DNA of 64,000 bases from an uncultured archaeon (GTDB lineage Archaea > Thermoproteota > Nitrososphaeria > Nitrososphaerales > Gagatemarchaeaceae), in the NCBI GenBank assembly GCA_963799775.1, contig CAWCYD010000002.1, positions 96,001 to 160,000 of the forward strand, written 5' to 3'. A model generated the notes under the pieces. That model did not search any database. It was given only the letters and a program-made list of their open reading frames with translations, and was not told the origin of the DNA. Within the stretch, counting starts at the first letter, position 1. Every line of letters starts with the position of its first letter. Position numbers and translations under genes: made by a program. Shown here piece after piece: positions 50,717 to 61,332 of the stretch.

Positions 50717-50721
50717 GACCT

Positions 50722-51366
50722 TCACCTCGCTATCTTGAAGTTGAAGTTCGGGCTCTGGAAGTTCATGTAGAGCCTCAGCCAGAGGGGGAGGAGCATCTCG
50801 AGGCCTCGTGCCGCCGTGATGTCTCCCAGGTCGATCGGTTTCTTCCACCCGAAAGCCTTCAAGATCTCGACCACCTTCGCCTTTCCTTGCGCGTCGTTTC
50901 CAGCCACGAAGATGTCGTGCTCCCCTGGGACCAGGCCCGGATTGACCATTATCACATGGCTCACCGTGTTGAGCGTCTTCACCACCTTCGCGTCCGGAAA
51001 CGCCCGCTGGATCTGCTCGCCGACGGAGTCTGTGTTGCAGACTGTCAGGGTGGGGGGCATCCCCTTGGAGAAATCCAGAGGGTTGGAGACGTCGACCACA
51101 ACCTTGCCGCGGAGGTTCGCCGCCCCAGCCAGGTTGAGGGCCTCCAGCGAGACCGAACCGGCCGTGCAGTTGAAGACGACCTCCCCGAACTTGGCGGCAT
51201 CCTCGAAAGTGCCGGCGGACGCTCTTGGTCCACTCGCCTTCGCCCATGCGGCCGCCTTTGGGTTGTTTGCCGTCCGTGACCCCATCTTCACCTCGTTACC
51301 GAGCGTGACCAGCTTGGAGGCGAGGATGCTCCCCACATCTCCCGTCCCTAGAATCCCGATTCGCAT
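50722..51366 (-). CDS. F420/NADP oxidoreductase-family dinucleotide-binding enzyme
   Basis: GILGTGDVG, GSR, VVDVSNPL, VVKTLNT, IDLGDI..ARGLE. Confidence 0.85.
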   Translation of the reverse strand: MRIGILGTGDVGSILASKLVTLGNEVKMGSRTANNPKAAAWAKASGPRASAGTFEDAAKFGEVVFNCTAGSVSLEALNLAGAANLRGKVVVDVSNPLDFSKGMPPTLTVCNTDSVGEQIQRAFPDAKVVKTLNTVSHVIMVNPGLVPGEHDIFVAGNDAQGKAKVVEILKAFGWKKPIDLGDITAARGLEMLLPLWLRLYMNFQSPNFNFKIAR

Positions 51367-51484
51367 GGGGCCCGGAGGGCGCTCCTTCTGTATTAAAGGG
51401 GCGTGAGCCAAAGGCGGAAGTCGACCCTCTGCTCGAGAGCGCAAGGCTCAGGTTAAATGGTGGCCGTAGGCCGGTGCCTCGGGC

Positions 51485-52989
51485 ATGAGCAGCGGTCCGG
51501 ACGGTCCTTCACAGAGTGCAAGTGTCGCAACTCCTGTCCAGGCGAGCGCTCCGAAGGACTCGAAATACCCGACTAGAGTGCTGCTCTGCGTCACTGCGGT
51601 CGCGCTGCTCGTCAACTACGTCGAGACGATGGTCATCCCGGGAGTGCCCGCGATACAGAAGGATTTCGCGACCACGGCAACGATCGCTTCCTGGATCACG
51701 TCTGCGTTTTTGATAGTGGGGAGCGCCGTGGCACCCCTCTTCGGAAAGCTCGGCGACACTTACGGCAAGAAGAGGATGATCCTGATCTCCCTGGTCTTCT
51801 ACACGTTCGGGGTCGGGATCGCGGGCTTCTCCCCTTCCATCTACTTCCTTCTCTTCGCACGCGCCATCCAGGGAATGGGGTTCGCGATCGTGCCCCTAGG
51901 CCTGGCCCTCATCACGGACGTCTTCCCTCGAAACAAGATAGCGCAGGCCCAGGGCATCATCAGCGGGGACACTTCGCGATTGGCGCCGCGGCAGGCCTTA
52001 TCTTGGGCTCAGAGGTCGTCCAGCAGCTGGGCTGGCAGTACGCCTTCCACAGCGCCTTCGTCCTGAGCATCATCCTCTTCGTCCTCGTCCTCAGGGTCAT
52101 CAAGAGGGACTCCCCCGGCCCGAAGCGGAAGGTGGACTACCTAGGGGCGCTCATCCTGATGTCCGGGGTAACTCTCCTCCTCGTGTACGCCACCGAGGGC
52201 CCCTCGCTCGGTTGGCTGAGCGGCGAGGAGCTGGCTTTCCTGATACCCGGGATCATCCTCACCATGTTCTTCTTCTACTTTGAGACGAAGCGCGCAGAGC
52301 CGCTCATCCGTCTGGACCTTCTTCGGATTAGGAACGTCCTCGTCGCCAACCTGGTCGGGTTGGTCTCAGGCGTCGTGATGTTCCTGCTCTTTTTCGCTGT
52401 CATCTACTACGCCGAGTTGCCAGCGCCCTTCGGCCTCTCTTTGGCCATAACCGCGACCGGCTTCACGATGGCTCCCGCGACGCTGGCGATGCTCGTCGCC
52501 GGGCCGCTCGCAGGACGGTCTGTAGGCCGCTTCGGTCCCAGGCCCATCCTCTTCTTGGGCGCCTTGTCGATGGGCTTGGGCCTGGTTCTCTTCATCTTCA
52601 ACAGGGCGACGACAGTGGACCTCTCGGTTGACCTGGTCTTCGGGCTCGTAGGGATCGTCTGCACGATCATACCCATAGTCAACATGATTTCCATCTCCCT
52701 GCCCCGCGAGACGATCGCAGTAGGCCTAGGAATCAACACGATGCTCCGCAACCTCGGGGGCGCCATCGGGCCTGTGCTCGCCACAGCAATAATGGCGAGC
52801 TACACCTCTCCCTTGATCCAGAGCATCGGAGGTCACAACGTCACCGTCGCTCAGCTCCCGAACGCAACGGCATTCAACATCGTCTTCGGCGTGGGTATAG
52901 TCCTGACCGTAATCGTCTTCCTCCTCAGCTCCCTGGGAAAGAACTACACCTTCAAGCAGTCTTCCCAGCCCTCAAATCCTCAAGCGTGA
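51485..52989 (+). CDS. MFS transporter, DHA2-like; frameshift near 51965
   Basis: Motif A GKLGDTYGKKR, ARAIQG, RNLGGAIGP. Confidence 0.9.
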
Positions 52990-52992
52990 CTA

Positions 52993-53010
52993 ATTCCCAA
53001 CATTGGGAAT
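52993..53010. promoter_or_regulatory. Perfect 8-bp inverted repeat with a 2-nt spacer
   Basis: ATTCCCAA-CA-TTGGGAAT immediately after the MFS stop and upstream of TATA-like elements. Confidence 0.4.
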
Positions 53011-53257
53011 GATTCCTTCAAGACCTTATAGAGCAATGCTCCATAACGTCTTTAATATTCGCAAACGAACCAGAATCTGCTATCGAAGGGAGTAGGGTTG
53101 CGGAGGAGTGGACGGAAAGGATCCCGCCTCCGCGCTCGCCTCTCTGTTCTTCAGGAACCTGATATTCTCTCTAGACCAGCGATTTTCCCCAGGAAAGGCC
53201 GGAAGACAACTGGACCGGCCAGCCCCGGGGGAGCAACATGGACACACAGCCCGTGAG

Positions 53258-53428
53258 CTACTTCTTCGCTGACTTGGACTCGGCGGCCGAAAGAATCCTG
53301 TAGACGTTGATGCCGGTCACCGCGCTCTTTCCCTTCACAGCGTAGCGGCCGTTCTTCATCTTGACTACTTTCGGGTCCACGACCTTTACCTTCTTCTTGG
53401 CCTTGACGTCATATGCAGTGTAGTCCAT
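53258..53428 (-). CDS. 56-aa basic DUF5679-like protein, Cys-free (missed by the ORF track)
   Basis: MDYTAYDVKAKKKVKVVDPKVVKMKNGRYAVKGKSAVTGINVYRILSAAESKSAKK; TATATA ~25 nt upstream. Confidence 0.8.
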   Translation of the reverse strand: MDYTAYDVKAKKKVKVVDPKVVKMKNGRYAVKGKSAVTGINVYRILSAAESKSAKK

Positions 53429-53555
53429 GGTTGTTACATGGATTCCGAGACTATATATGATTTATGTTACAAACGAGTCAAATGTTAATAGCAATTCAAG
53501 GCTCGTTTTTCTGTAGCCTCAACGCTCAATTACGCTCCGAACATACTGCCTTGGC

Positions 53556-54075
53556 ATGGCGGGCAACGCCGAGTCGCTGACGAGGGACGAGAAGATCAAG
53601 AACCTCATAACGAATCACACGCTGATATTCATGGGCATGTTCGAGGAGGCTTTCTCGACGATAGCAGAGAAGCTCACCGAGACGATGTCGCTGGCTGGCT
53701 CGGCGATAGCCGATGCAATTGCGGGGTCAGGAACCGGTCAAGAGATCAAGGAGATGGCGAAGGCCGACATCGCTCCTGAGGTCAGAAGGGAGATTGAGCG
53801 GGCCTTCTCCGAGATCCGTGAAGAGATGGCTTCCCAATGGCCGAAGAACCCTGAGGTGTTCAATCGATACATCTCCAACCCTGATTTCGACAAGGGGATA
53901 TTGATCGTCGAGAAATTCGACTTTGGAAGGCCGAAAATCACCGAGAGATTGGACGACCAGGTCCATGGCTTCCTACATCTTCCTGCTAAAGGGCGGGGAC
54001 AAGAAGCTGTCAGAGATGTTCTCTGAGCTAGCAGACTGGCAGAAAGCGCTGCCGAGGCCTCCTTGGGCCTCATGA
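53556..54075 (+). CDS. Hypothetical helical protein; frameshift near 53965
   Basis: 156-aa ORF whose frame-shifted continuation SYIFLLKGGD...PRPPWAS ends at TGA 54075. Confidence 0.65.
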
Positions 54076-54150
54076 TCTCTATTTGTCGTTCGCGGGTGCG
54101 GGAGTTCGTCCCTATCTTTAAGACCAGGGGATGGTGCATCCCTGGCCGGA

Positions 54151-54249
54151 ATGAACCAATTTGTAGTGTTCATGCTCGCGATGGGGGTAGCGATGCTCGC
54201 TGTAGTCGTGATCATCGCCCTCGCCCTTACCAGCGGACCTCTGATCTAG
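54151..54249 (+). CDS. 32-aa single-pass membrane peptide (missed by the ORF track)
   Basis: MNQFVVFMLAMGVAMLAVVVIIALALTSGPLI; TTTAAG ~30 nt upstream. Confidence 0.55.
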   Translation: MNQFVVFMLAMGVAMLAVVVIIALALTSGPLI

Positions 54250-54359
54250 GTCACGGTCTAGCAGACCGGGAGCGATAGATGCTTCAGGATAATCGGAACC
54301 TTCGTTAGAGCCGGGTCTCGCTTAAGTAGCAGTCTCCCCCTTTCTACAAAGCCTTCTCG

Positions 54360-54836
54360 TTGGTAGACAGCACCGACCTGATAATCGCCACCTCGGTCGC
54401 CCAGACAGTGGTCATAACGCTCACCCTCGCGGTCTTCATCTTCCAGTTTCGCAGTCAGGAGAAATCGATCCGGGAGGCTGCCGTCCAGAACGTCATGGGG
54501 CGCTACACGGACTATGTCAGGATGCTGGTCGAAAAGCCGGAGCTCTCGCGGCTCCTTACTCTCAATGCAAGGGTCCAAGGTGGTCAGCTAGAGAAGCTCT
54601 CTCCCGAAGAGGAGACGGTGCAGGCTTACGTCCTCTTGGGATACGGGATCTTTGAGGAGATCTTCACGCTCCACAAGAGAAAGTGGATGGACGACGAGAC
54701 GTGGGAGCAGTGGTCGTCATTCCTCGAGAGGATGGCAGAGCAGCCGACGTTCAAGCGGGTCCACAACTTCACCCAAGGGACCTTCGACAAGGACTTCCAA
54801 GACTACGTCCAAAAGATCATCGACGGGAAGAAATGA
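54360..54836 (+). CDS. Hypothetical protein with an N-terminal TM helix
   Basis: TM segment followed by a helical domain ending WEQW...FDKDFQDYV. Confidence 0.7.
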   Translation: MVDSTDLIIATSVAQTVVITLTLAVFIFQFRSQEKSIREAAVQNVMGRYTDYVRMLVEKPELSRLLTLNARVQGGQLEKLSPEEETVQAYVLLGYGIFEEIFTLHKRKWMDDETWEQWSSFLERMAEQPTFKRVHNFTQGTFDKDFQDYVQKIIDGKK

Positions 54837-54883
54837 GCGCACTGGTTAATATCTGGGGGCCCTTCTAGGCTCTTCGAGTTAGC

Positions 54884-55318
54884 ATGAAGCCACTTCCAGA
54901 CTCCGTCAAGACACTCATCGAGGCGAAGACCTTCGCGAACGTCGCGACGCTGATGCCCGACGGCTCGCCACACGTGACACAGACGTGGGTGGACCACGAT
55001 GGGGACATCGTCCTGATCAACACGAACGAAGGCAGCCAGAAGTACAAGAACGCTCTGAGGAACCCGAAGATCGCCCTCGACGTCTGCGACCCCACGAACC
55101 CGTACCACATGGCCGTGATCCGCGGCCGGGTCAGCGCGGTCACCTTCGACGGGGCCGAGGAGCACATCGACAAGCTAGCCAAGAAATACCTGGACGTCGA
55201 CAAGTATCAGAACAGGCAGCCGGGGGTCAGGAGGGCGCTCATCAAGATTGAGCCGACGCACGTGGTCGCGCCCTGGACCGACAATCCTCGCTGGAAGGCC
55301 TGGCAGAACAAGCAGTAG
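54884..55318 (+). CDS. PPOX-class (probably F420-dependent) oxidoreductase
   Basis: VATLMPDGSPHVTQTWVD, KYKNALRNPKI, IRG, HIDKLAKKY. Confidence 0.88.
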   Translation: MKPLPDSVKTLIEAKTFANVATLMPDGSPHVTQTWVDHDGDIVLINTNEGSQKYKNALRNPKIALDVCDPTNPYHMAVIRGRVSAVTFDGAEEHIDKLAKKYLDVDKYQNRQPGVRRALIKIEPTHVVAPWTDNPRWKAWQNKQ

Positions 55319-55366
55319 TGAGAAACCGCGGCCAAAGCGGCCGCTTGGATTCTTGGGTCGATCGCT

Positions 55367-56940
55367 CTACGAGAAGGTCTTGATGAGCGGCCAGACAGAC
55401 GCGAGGCTCTGAGACGGATTCGTGGCCACATAGACTGGCAGGTTGTCCTCGGTGGTCATGCAGTAGGTGCACGTGACCGTGGCAGCGAGCGTGACGTTCC
55501 TGTAGAGCTTCTCCAGCTGAGTGGCGTTCACACCGACCGTGATCAAGACGGCCCCGCAGGAGCCTGGCCCCCAGATGTAGTAGTTGTTGTGGCCGCTTAT
55601 CACAGGGGGCAGCTTGTCGGACTTTCCAAGAAATGTCAGTGCGCTCGCCTCCCCGTAGTTCGAGGCGAAGATGCAGCTCGCAGACTGCTCCGAGAGTGGG
55701 AGGGAATCGTAGACCTGGGCGATGGTCGCGGTCATCGTGTCCCAGCCGAACCGGTCTCCCAGGTACTGGGGGAACTGCCCGGCGTTCCCCTGAGCTGAGG
55801 CTCCGTTGGCGGCTCCTGTGAGCGCAGAGTACGACCCGACGAAGGTGCTGGGAGGCAGCAGCGGCATCTCAAGAGGGGCGAGAAGTATCCCGCTGAGGAC
55901 GAGGGCGATGAGCATCACCTTCGGAACCCAACGGCGAGGCTGCCCTAATTTCTGCGAGGCGAGGACTGAACCGGCAGAGATCAAGATAGGATACGCGGCT
56001 TCGTAGAAGTATGGTTTGGCGTTGATGACCACGAAAAGCACGAACAGAAAGACGAGCGCGACGCCGAACAGCCGATACGAGGCCCCTTCTCTGCTGCGCA
56101 GCAGGAAGTAGAGCCCTAGGAACACCAGTGGGATATTGACCGGGTTCGCCACCAGGATCTGGGTCACGACGAAATCCAGGGTGTCCTCCCCGCTCAGCCC
56201 GCCGTGGTGGATGTAGAAGTCGACCGTCGGCCACCCGGTGCTAGCGTTCCAAACGATGTAGGGGAGAAGAAAGACGAAAGCGATGAGCGCGCCCATCAGG
56301 AACCAGCGCGAGCGCAACCGGCTGCGAGCGCTCGTCGACGCGATTCCGACAAGCAGGGCGAGGAGGAAGAAAACAATCGTGAGCTTCGTGAAGAGCCCTA
56401 TCCCGGCAACCAGCCCGAACGCGACCCAGAGCCTTGGGTTGTCTCGACGGACGAGCCTGATCAAGATGTAGGCGCCGAGGGACCACCATAGCGCGTCGAG
56501 TATGTCCATGGAGAAGATCGATGCCATCGCGAGTTGGGCCGTGACCAAGGTGCCCCACTGCCGCAAGCGATTGCGCCCAGACGTTCCCTCCGAGCTCTCT
56601 CGCGATCAATCCGGCCACAATGACGAGGGTCGCTCCTGCGAGGGCCGGCACGACGTGGATCGCGACGAGGTTGTCCCCGGCGAGCCATCCCGTCAACGCC
56701 CCGAGGTAGGCCATCATCGGAGGGAAGTCCACGTAGCCGGCCTGGAGGTGCTGCCCGCTTACGATGTAATAGAGCTCGTCTCGGAAGTAGCCGTAGTTTC
56801 CAGCCACGGCCATGTGCACAAGGAAGTTGATCGCACCTATGGTGAGAAGAAGACCAACTATTTCGTTGGGCCTGGGGAGACAGCTCCAGAAGACCGCGCC
56901 GTCTCCTGGCGACGGTCAAGGCGCACCCATCGCTTCTCAT
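55367..56940 (-). CDS. GT-C (PMT/ArnT-like) membrane glycosyltransferase; frameshift near 56555
   Basis: YFRDELYY, GYVDFPP, GLFTK, PYIVWN, KPYF, NYGEA, SGHNNYYIWG. Confidence 0.85.
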
Positions 56941-57065
56941 GGAGGGGCGGACGATTTAGGCTTGACCGATGGGGGACTCGACAGCAATACACCCACTCCA
57001 AGGACTCAGTGAGCGGCGAACTCTGCGATTATGGAAATCCATCTCTTCGTCGAGCTTTCGGCCCT

Positions 57066-58996
57066 TCAGCTCAGGCCCATCTTCTTTAGGAACGTCACGT
57101 ATCTCGCGTCGTCTCTGACAGGGTCCATTCCAACGGAGTTCTTGATGTCCATGAGGCTCTTGTCCTTCTTCTGATATGACTCTTCAAGCCACTCGAACCC
57201 CTTGTCGATGTTCCCCAAGAAGAAGCAGAGCTGAGCCATCTCGAACCTCGAAGTGAAGGACTCGCCGAGGTGACCTTCGAGCTTCGATAGGAGTCGCCTC
57301 ACGGCCAGTTTGTCTCGCTTCAAGAATGCCAACCACGCATCGGCATCTTCCCCTATGTGAGGATAGGGCAGCCTTTCAGACTCTTCACGACCATGTCCAG
57401 CTCCCGCTTTGCCTCGTCGAACATCTTCAGCCTTCCATAAACGAAAGCAAGCGCCTCTCTGCCAAAGGGAGACGCGGGACTGAGCGCTATCGCTTGCTTG
57501 TAAACCTGCAAGGCCTTCCTGTAATCTCTTCTCGAGTCATAGTAGTGTGCGAGGTTCAGGTTGATTACCAGCGATAGAGGATCAAGCTCGACCGCCTTCT
57601 CGAGGTGCTCGATCGAATCACTCCATCTCTGCTCTGAACGCAGCAGCTGTCCATACCACATGTGGGCAGGCGCATAGCTGGGCTTTAGCTCGATGGCCCT
57701 GCGGTATTGTCTCTCTGCCCCTCTGAAATCGAAATCACTTGAGAGGACGAGGGCCTTCGACGCGTGGGCTTCCGCGAGTTCTGGATCGAGCTCGAGGGCC
57801 TTCGTGACCATCTTGCTCGCCTTCAAGTGGTTGGCCTGCCTCTCAACGCCCCAATTCACCGAGAGCAACTCATGGCAGTCGGCTAGTCCAACATACCCCA
57901 ACGCGAAGTGGGGGTCGGCCTTGATCGCGCGCTCGAAGAGCTTCGCGGCCTTCCTTGTGTCCTCGAGCCCCCTCTTGTTGAGGAAGCTCCTACCCTTCAG
58001 GTACAAGGTGAACGCTCTTGAGCTCTCCGTCGGCTTCTTCCTGATCCTGTGCATCTCCGGCGAGAGTATCTTGACGCGGAGCGCTTCGGCGACGTTCTTT
58101 GCGATGTCCGACTGGACGGCGAACACGTCGTCCAGCTGCCTGTCGAACGTCTGCGCCCAGAGGTGCCTGTCGCTGGCGACGTCGATCAGCTGCGCCGTGA
58201 TCCTGATCTTGTTCCCGGCCTTCCTGAAGCTCCCTTCCAAGACCGACCCTACCTCCAGCTCCCTCCCTATCTCTCCCACCCTCTTCGTCGTGCCTTTGTA
58301 GCCCATGACCGACGTCCTTGAGATCACGCTTAGGTTGCTAATCCCCGCCACGGTGGAGATGATCTCGTCCGTGATCCCGTCGGCGAAATACTCGTCGTTG
58401 GGATCTGGGCTCATGTTGGCGAACGGAAGCACGGCGATCCGCTTCTGGTCAAGGCCTCCAGAGTGCCTAGTCTTCTGCTCCCAAGGCATCGTCATCCTGA
58501 ACACCTCCACCGCCGAGCTCACGTTCTTCAGCGACTTGGTCCCGAGGCTGGTGAGGGGTAGCTCGAACTTGTTCTGCACCTGGTCGTAGACCTGCCGCGT
58601 CATGCAGACGCCGCCGTCCTCCGCGAGCCCCACGATCCTCGACGCGACGTTCACCGCGTCTCCAGAGATGTCGCCCTGGGAACTCACGACGTCCCCCAGG
58701 TGGATGCCGATCCTGAGCTGGATCCTCCTATCGTCGGGCTGCGAGATGTTGTACTCCCTCACGTTCCGCTGGATGTCATACGCGCATCTCACCGCATCGA
58801 GGGCGCTCGGGAACTCGACGAGGAACGCGTCGCCCATCGTCTTGATCTCGTTCCCATAGTGCTTCTTGAGGATCGGACGGATTATCTTCCGCTGTCCGTC
58901 GACGAGCATGAGAGAGAGGGACTCGTTCCTCTGCCCTAGGGCGGTGTACCCGACCAGATCCGTGTACATTATCGCCGCTAGCCTACGCTGACTCAA
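57066..58996 (-). CDS. Class III adenylate/guanylate cyclase + TolB-N-like domain + TPR repeats; frameshift near 57350
   Basis: YTDLVGYT, IKTMGDAFL, RIGIHLGD, GDAVNVASR; IAVLPFANMS...EYFADG; several TPRs. Confidence 0.9.
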
Positions 58997-59095
58997 CAGA
59001 TTCTACGTGTTGATTGTTTGCCGGCTTTGATAAATCCATTTTGGGGTAGCGGCGGCCACAGACTGTGAGTTATTTCTCACAAAGGCGCTCTAGTT

Positions 59096-59317
59096 CTACG
59101 CCCTTCGCGAGTAGACCGTCTCAAATCCGTCGGAGCTCTTGACCACGGACCCTTCTGCCATAAGGCCCTCCAGCGCCGCCACGAGGTCCGAATATCTTCC
59201 GCCGGTGGCTGACGCGAGCTCCAAGAAGCCCTTCTTGAGGCCTCCCTCAAGCTCGCCCATGACCTTGAGCTTGAGTCTGGAATTGCCGCTGTTAATCGAG
59301 TCTGATGTCGTGACCAC
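59096..59317 (-). CDS. Small winged-helix-like protein
   Basis: FLELASATG...DLVAALEGLMAEGSVVKSSDGFETVYS; weakly resembles 32121 and 48170. Confidence 0.55.
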   Translation of the reverse strand: MVTTSDSINSGNSRLKLKVMGELEGGLKKGFLELASATGGRYSDLVAALEGLMAEGSVVKSSDGFETVYSRRA

Positions 59318-59441
59318 GGCGTCTGGCTCAGATTCGAACAGGAGGTGTAGAATTATAAGTCTTGTTCAGCGCTCTGCGTAATCCGTAGGTGGCCACCTTC
59401 TCGGGAGAAGACGTGTGGTCGGTGAGCCTTGAACTCCCTAT

Positions 59442-59819
59442 TCAAGCAGCAATCAGGGCCCCAAGAGTTTTCCTTTTCGTGACCATCTCTTCGAGTATGT
59501 AGCGGTGGCACGGCACGCCTGATTTCTCGTAGCAGAGCAGAGTCACGTTGGCTTTCCTACTCTCTTTCTTCAAGGCGCGGAGTGTCGGCATGCTCGAGGG
59601 ATTCGCCTTGAGCTCCGCGATCAACTCTGACTTGAAGGTCTCCCAACCCTTCTCCTTTGAGCGATAGGCTCGAAGAAGCTCGCGACTGGGCGAGAGCTCC
59701 CTCGCCCATCGGTCGAATCGACTCTTCTTCACACCCCTGGGGTAGAAGCGGGTGACAAGCACCCTCGCTCCATCATCGTCTGCCTTCGGCTCGTAGATGG
59801 ACTTGGTCTTCAGTGTCAA
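59442..59819 (-). CDS. DUF488 (YeaO-like) protein
   Basis: KSIYE...DDGARVLVTRFYPRGVKK, LSPSRELL, VTLLCYE...CHR. Confidence 0.88.
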   Translation of the reverse strand: MTLKTKSIYEPKADDDGARVLVTRFYPRGVKKSRFDRWARELSPSRELLRAYRSKEKGWETFKSELIAELKANPSSMPTLRALKKESRKANVTLLCYEKSGVPCHRYILEEMVTKRKTLGALIAA

Positions 59820-59902
59820 CTTCGATTCTCCTGAGGGGTTATTCGATGGGCAGGCATCCGGCCATCATCCAAGTATCGGCTTACCAATTAGAATAGGAAT
59901 GA

Positions 59903-59995
59903 TGGGGTCGGTGAGATTTGAACTCACGGTCTCTCGCAATTTGGATCGTTGAGGTTCCCCAAGCGAGAATCTTAACCAATCTGGACTACGACCCC
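59903..59995 (-). tRNA. tRNA-Pro(GGG) with a canonical 37/38 intron (59939-59956); CCA not encoded
   Basis: Acceptor GGGGTCG/CGACCCC-A; anticodon stem CTCGC/GCGAG, spliced loop TTGGGGT; T arm GTGAG-TTCAAAT-CTCAC; BHB helix TTGG/CCAA. Confidence 0.92.
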
Positions 59996-60194
59996 AGCTA
60001 GGCCCCGCGTCCGAAAGGACGTATACATGCTTATCGCATCCCAATTGGCACACGCTCGAAAGAAGCGCTAGGACGGCCACCGCTTGCGGGTCTCGGGGGC
60101 CATCTTGGCGGCCTCGGCCAGTCCGCCCTACAAAAATATCGGACGTCCAATATGCTTTTATCTGATGTGCGGTATGGGACGTGCGATAATAGCC

Positions 60195-60593
60195 ATGCCT
60201 GTCAAAGTAGCACAAAAGACCGAGATACCCCCGGGGACGATGAAGCGGGTCGCTGCGTTCAAGGAACACGTCCTACTCTCCAACGTCGCGGGCAAGATAT
60301 ACGCGACCCAGGACGACTGCGGCCACCAGAGAGCGAGCCTCTCCAAGGGGGCCTTGGAAGGCAGGATAGTCACCTGCCCTCTCCACGGGGCAAAGTTCGA
60401 CGTGGTGACCGGCAAGAACGTCGGCGGCGTCCAGATGCGAATGTCGCCAGAGCTGATGCAGAAGCTTCCTCAGGAGATGATAACAATGTTCCAGAGGACG
60501 AGCGAGATAGTCTCGGCAATCGAGATCCGACCGTTGAAGCGATACAAGGTGACCATCAAGGGAGATTCCATCTACCTGGACCGGAGGGCTTGA
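60195..60593 (+). CDS. Rieske [2Fe-2S] ferredoxin with a C-terminal insertion
   Basis: CGH...CPLHGAKFD. Confidence 0.88.
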   Translation: MPVKVAQKTEIPPGTMKRVAAFKEHVLLSNVAGKIYATQDDCGHQRASLSKGALEGRIVTCPLHGAKFDVVTGKNVGGVQMRMSPELMQKLPQEMITMFQRTSEIVSAIEIRPLKRYKVTIKGDSIYLDRRA

Positions 60594-60595
60594 GT

Positions 60596-60986
60596 TTGTC
60601 GAACCTGAGCCTCCCCCAGACGAGTTTTGTCACCGTAGCCGACGAGAAAGACGTCCACGAAAGGGTCGATGCTTGGAGTGGCCGTCGCAGGCACCGCGAT
60701 ATTGTTGTGCAAGAGCGGTGGTAAGATCTACGCGATGGACGCGGTTTGCTCACACTACAACGGATATCTCCCAAGGGGGGAGTTGACCACGGGATATCTC
60801 GCCGACGGAAACGTGAAAGACCGCGTAGTGGTCTGTCCGGTCCATAAGGCACAGTTCGAGGTCGCAACGGGCAAGGTTGCGAAGAACGTCCCGGGCCTTC
60901 TCAAGCTTGCGACCCACAGGGAAGCTACCGACCTTCGCACCTACGAGGTCCAGGTCGTCGACGGCGGCGTCCAAATAAAGGTCTGA
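60596..60986 (+). CDS. Rieske [2Fe-2S] ferredoxin; frameshift near 60661
   Basis: CSH...CPVHKAQFE. Confidence 0.88.
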
Positions 60987-61001
60987 TGAGTCTGACGCGA
61001 G

Positions 61002-61301
61002 ATGGCCCTCCAGCTATTCCTCATCTGGTATTTCGTGATGGGCTTCCTGCTGGGGAACGGGATGCCGCACTTCGCCTTCGGCTCCGCGGGCAAGGTCTTC
61101 AGGAGCCCGTTCGGCCAGAAGTCCTCTCCTCGCACCAACGTGCTGTGGGGCCTATCGAACTTTCTGCTCGCGACGCTGATCGCCGCTGGCCTGATAGCAC
61201 TGAACCTCTACAGCAGCTACGCGCTTGTCGCCCTGCTGATCGGGTTCTGGCTGACGGCGCTCATGTTCGGGACGGGCATCAAGAGGTTCTTGAACGAATG
61301 A
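61002..61301 (+). CDS. Small three-TM membrane protein
   Basis: GFLLGNGMPHF...FRSPFG...NVLWG. Confidence 0.7.
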   Translation: MALQLFLIWYFVMGFLLGNGMPHFAFGSAGKVFRSPFGQKSSPRTNVLWGLSNFLLATLIAAGLIALNLYSSYALVALLIGFWLTALMFGTGIKRFLNE

Positions 61302-61332
61302 CCGCGACCTTCGACGACGGAGGCTTGACCTG

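Noticed and set aside
60008-60021. CGTCC-GAAA-GGACG hairpin upstream of tRNA-Pro
   Set aside because: A 5-bp stem is expected by chance at this GC content, and there is no other support
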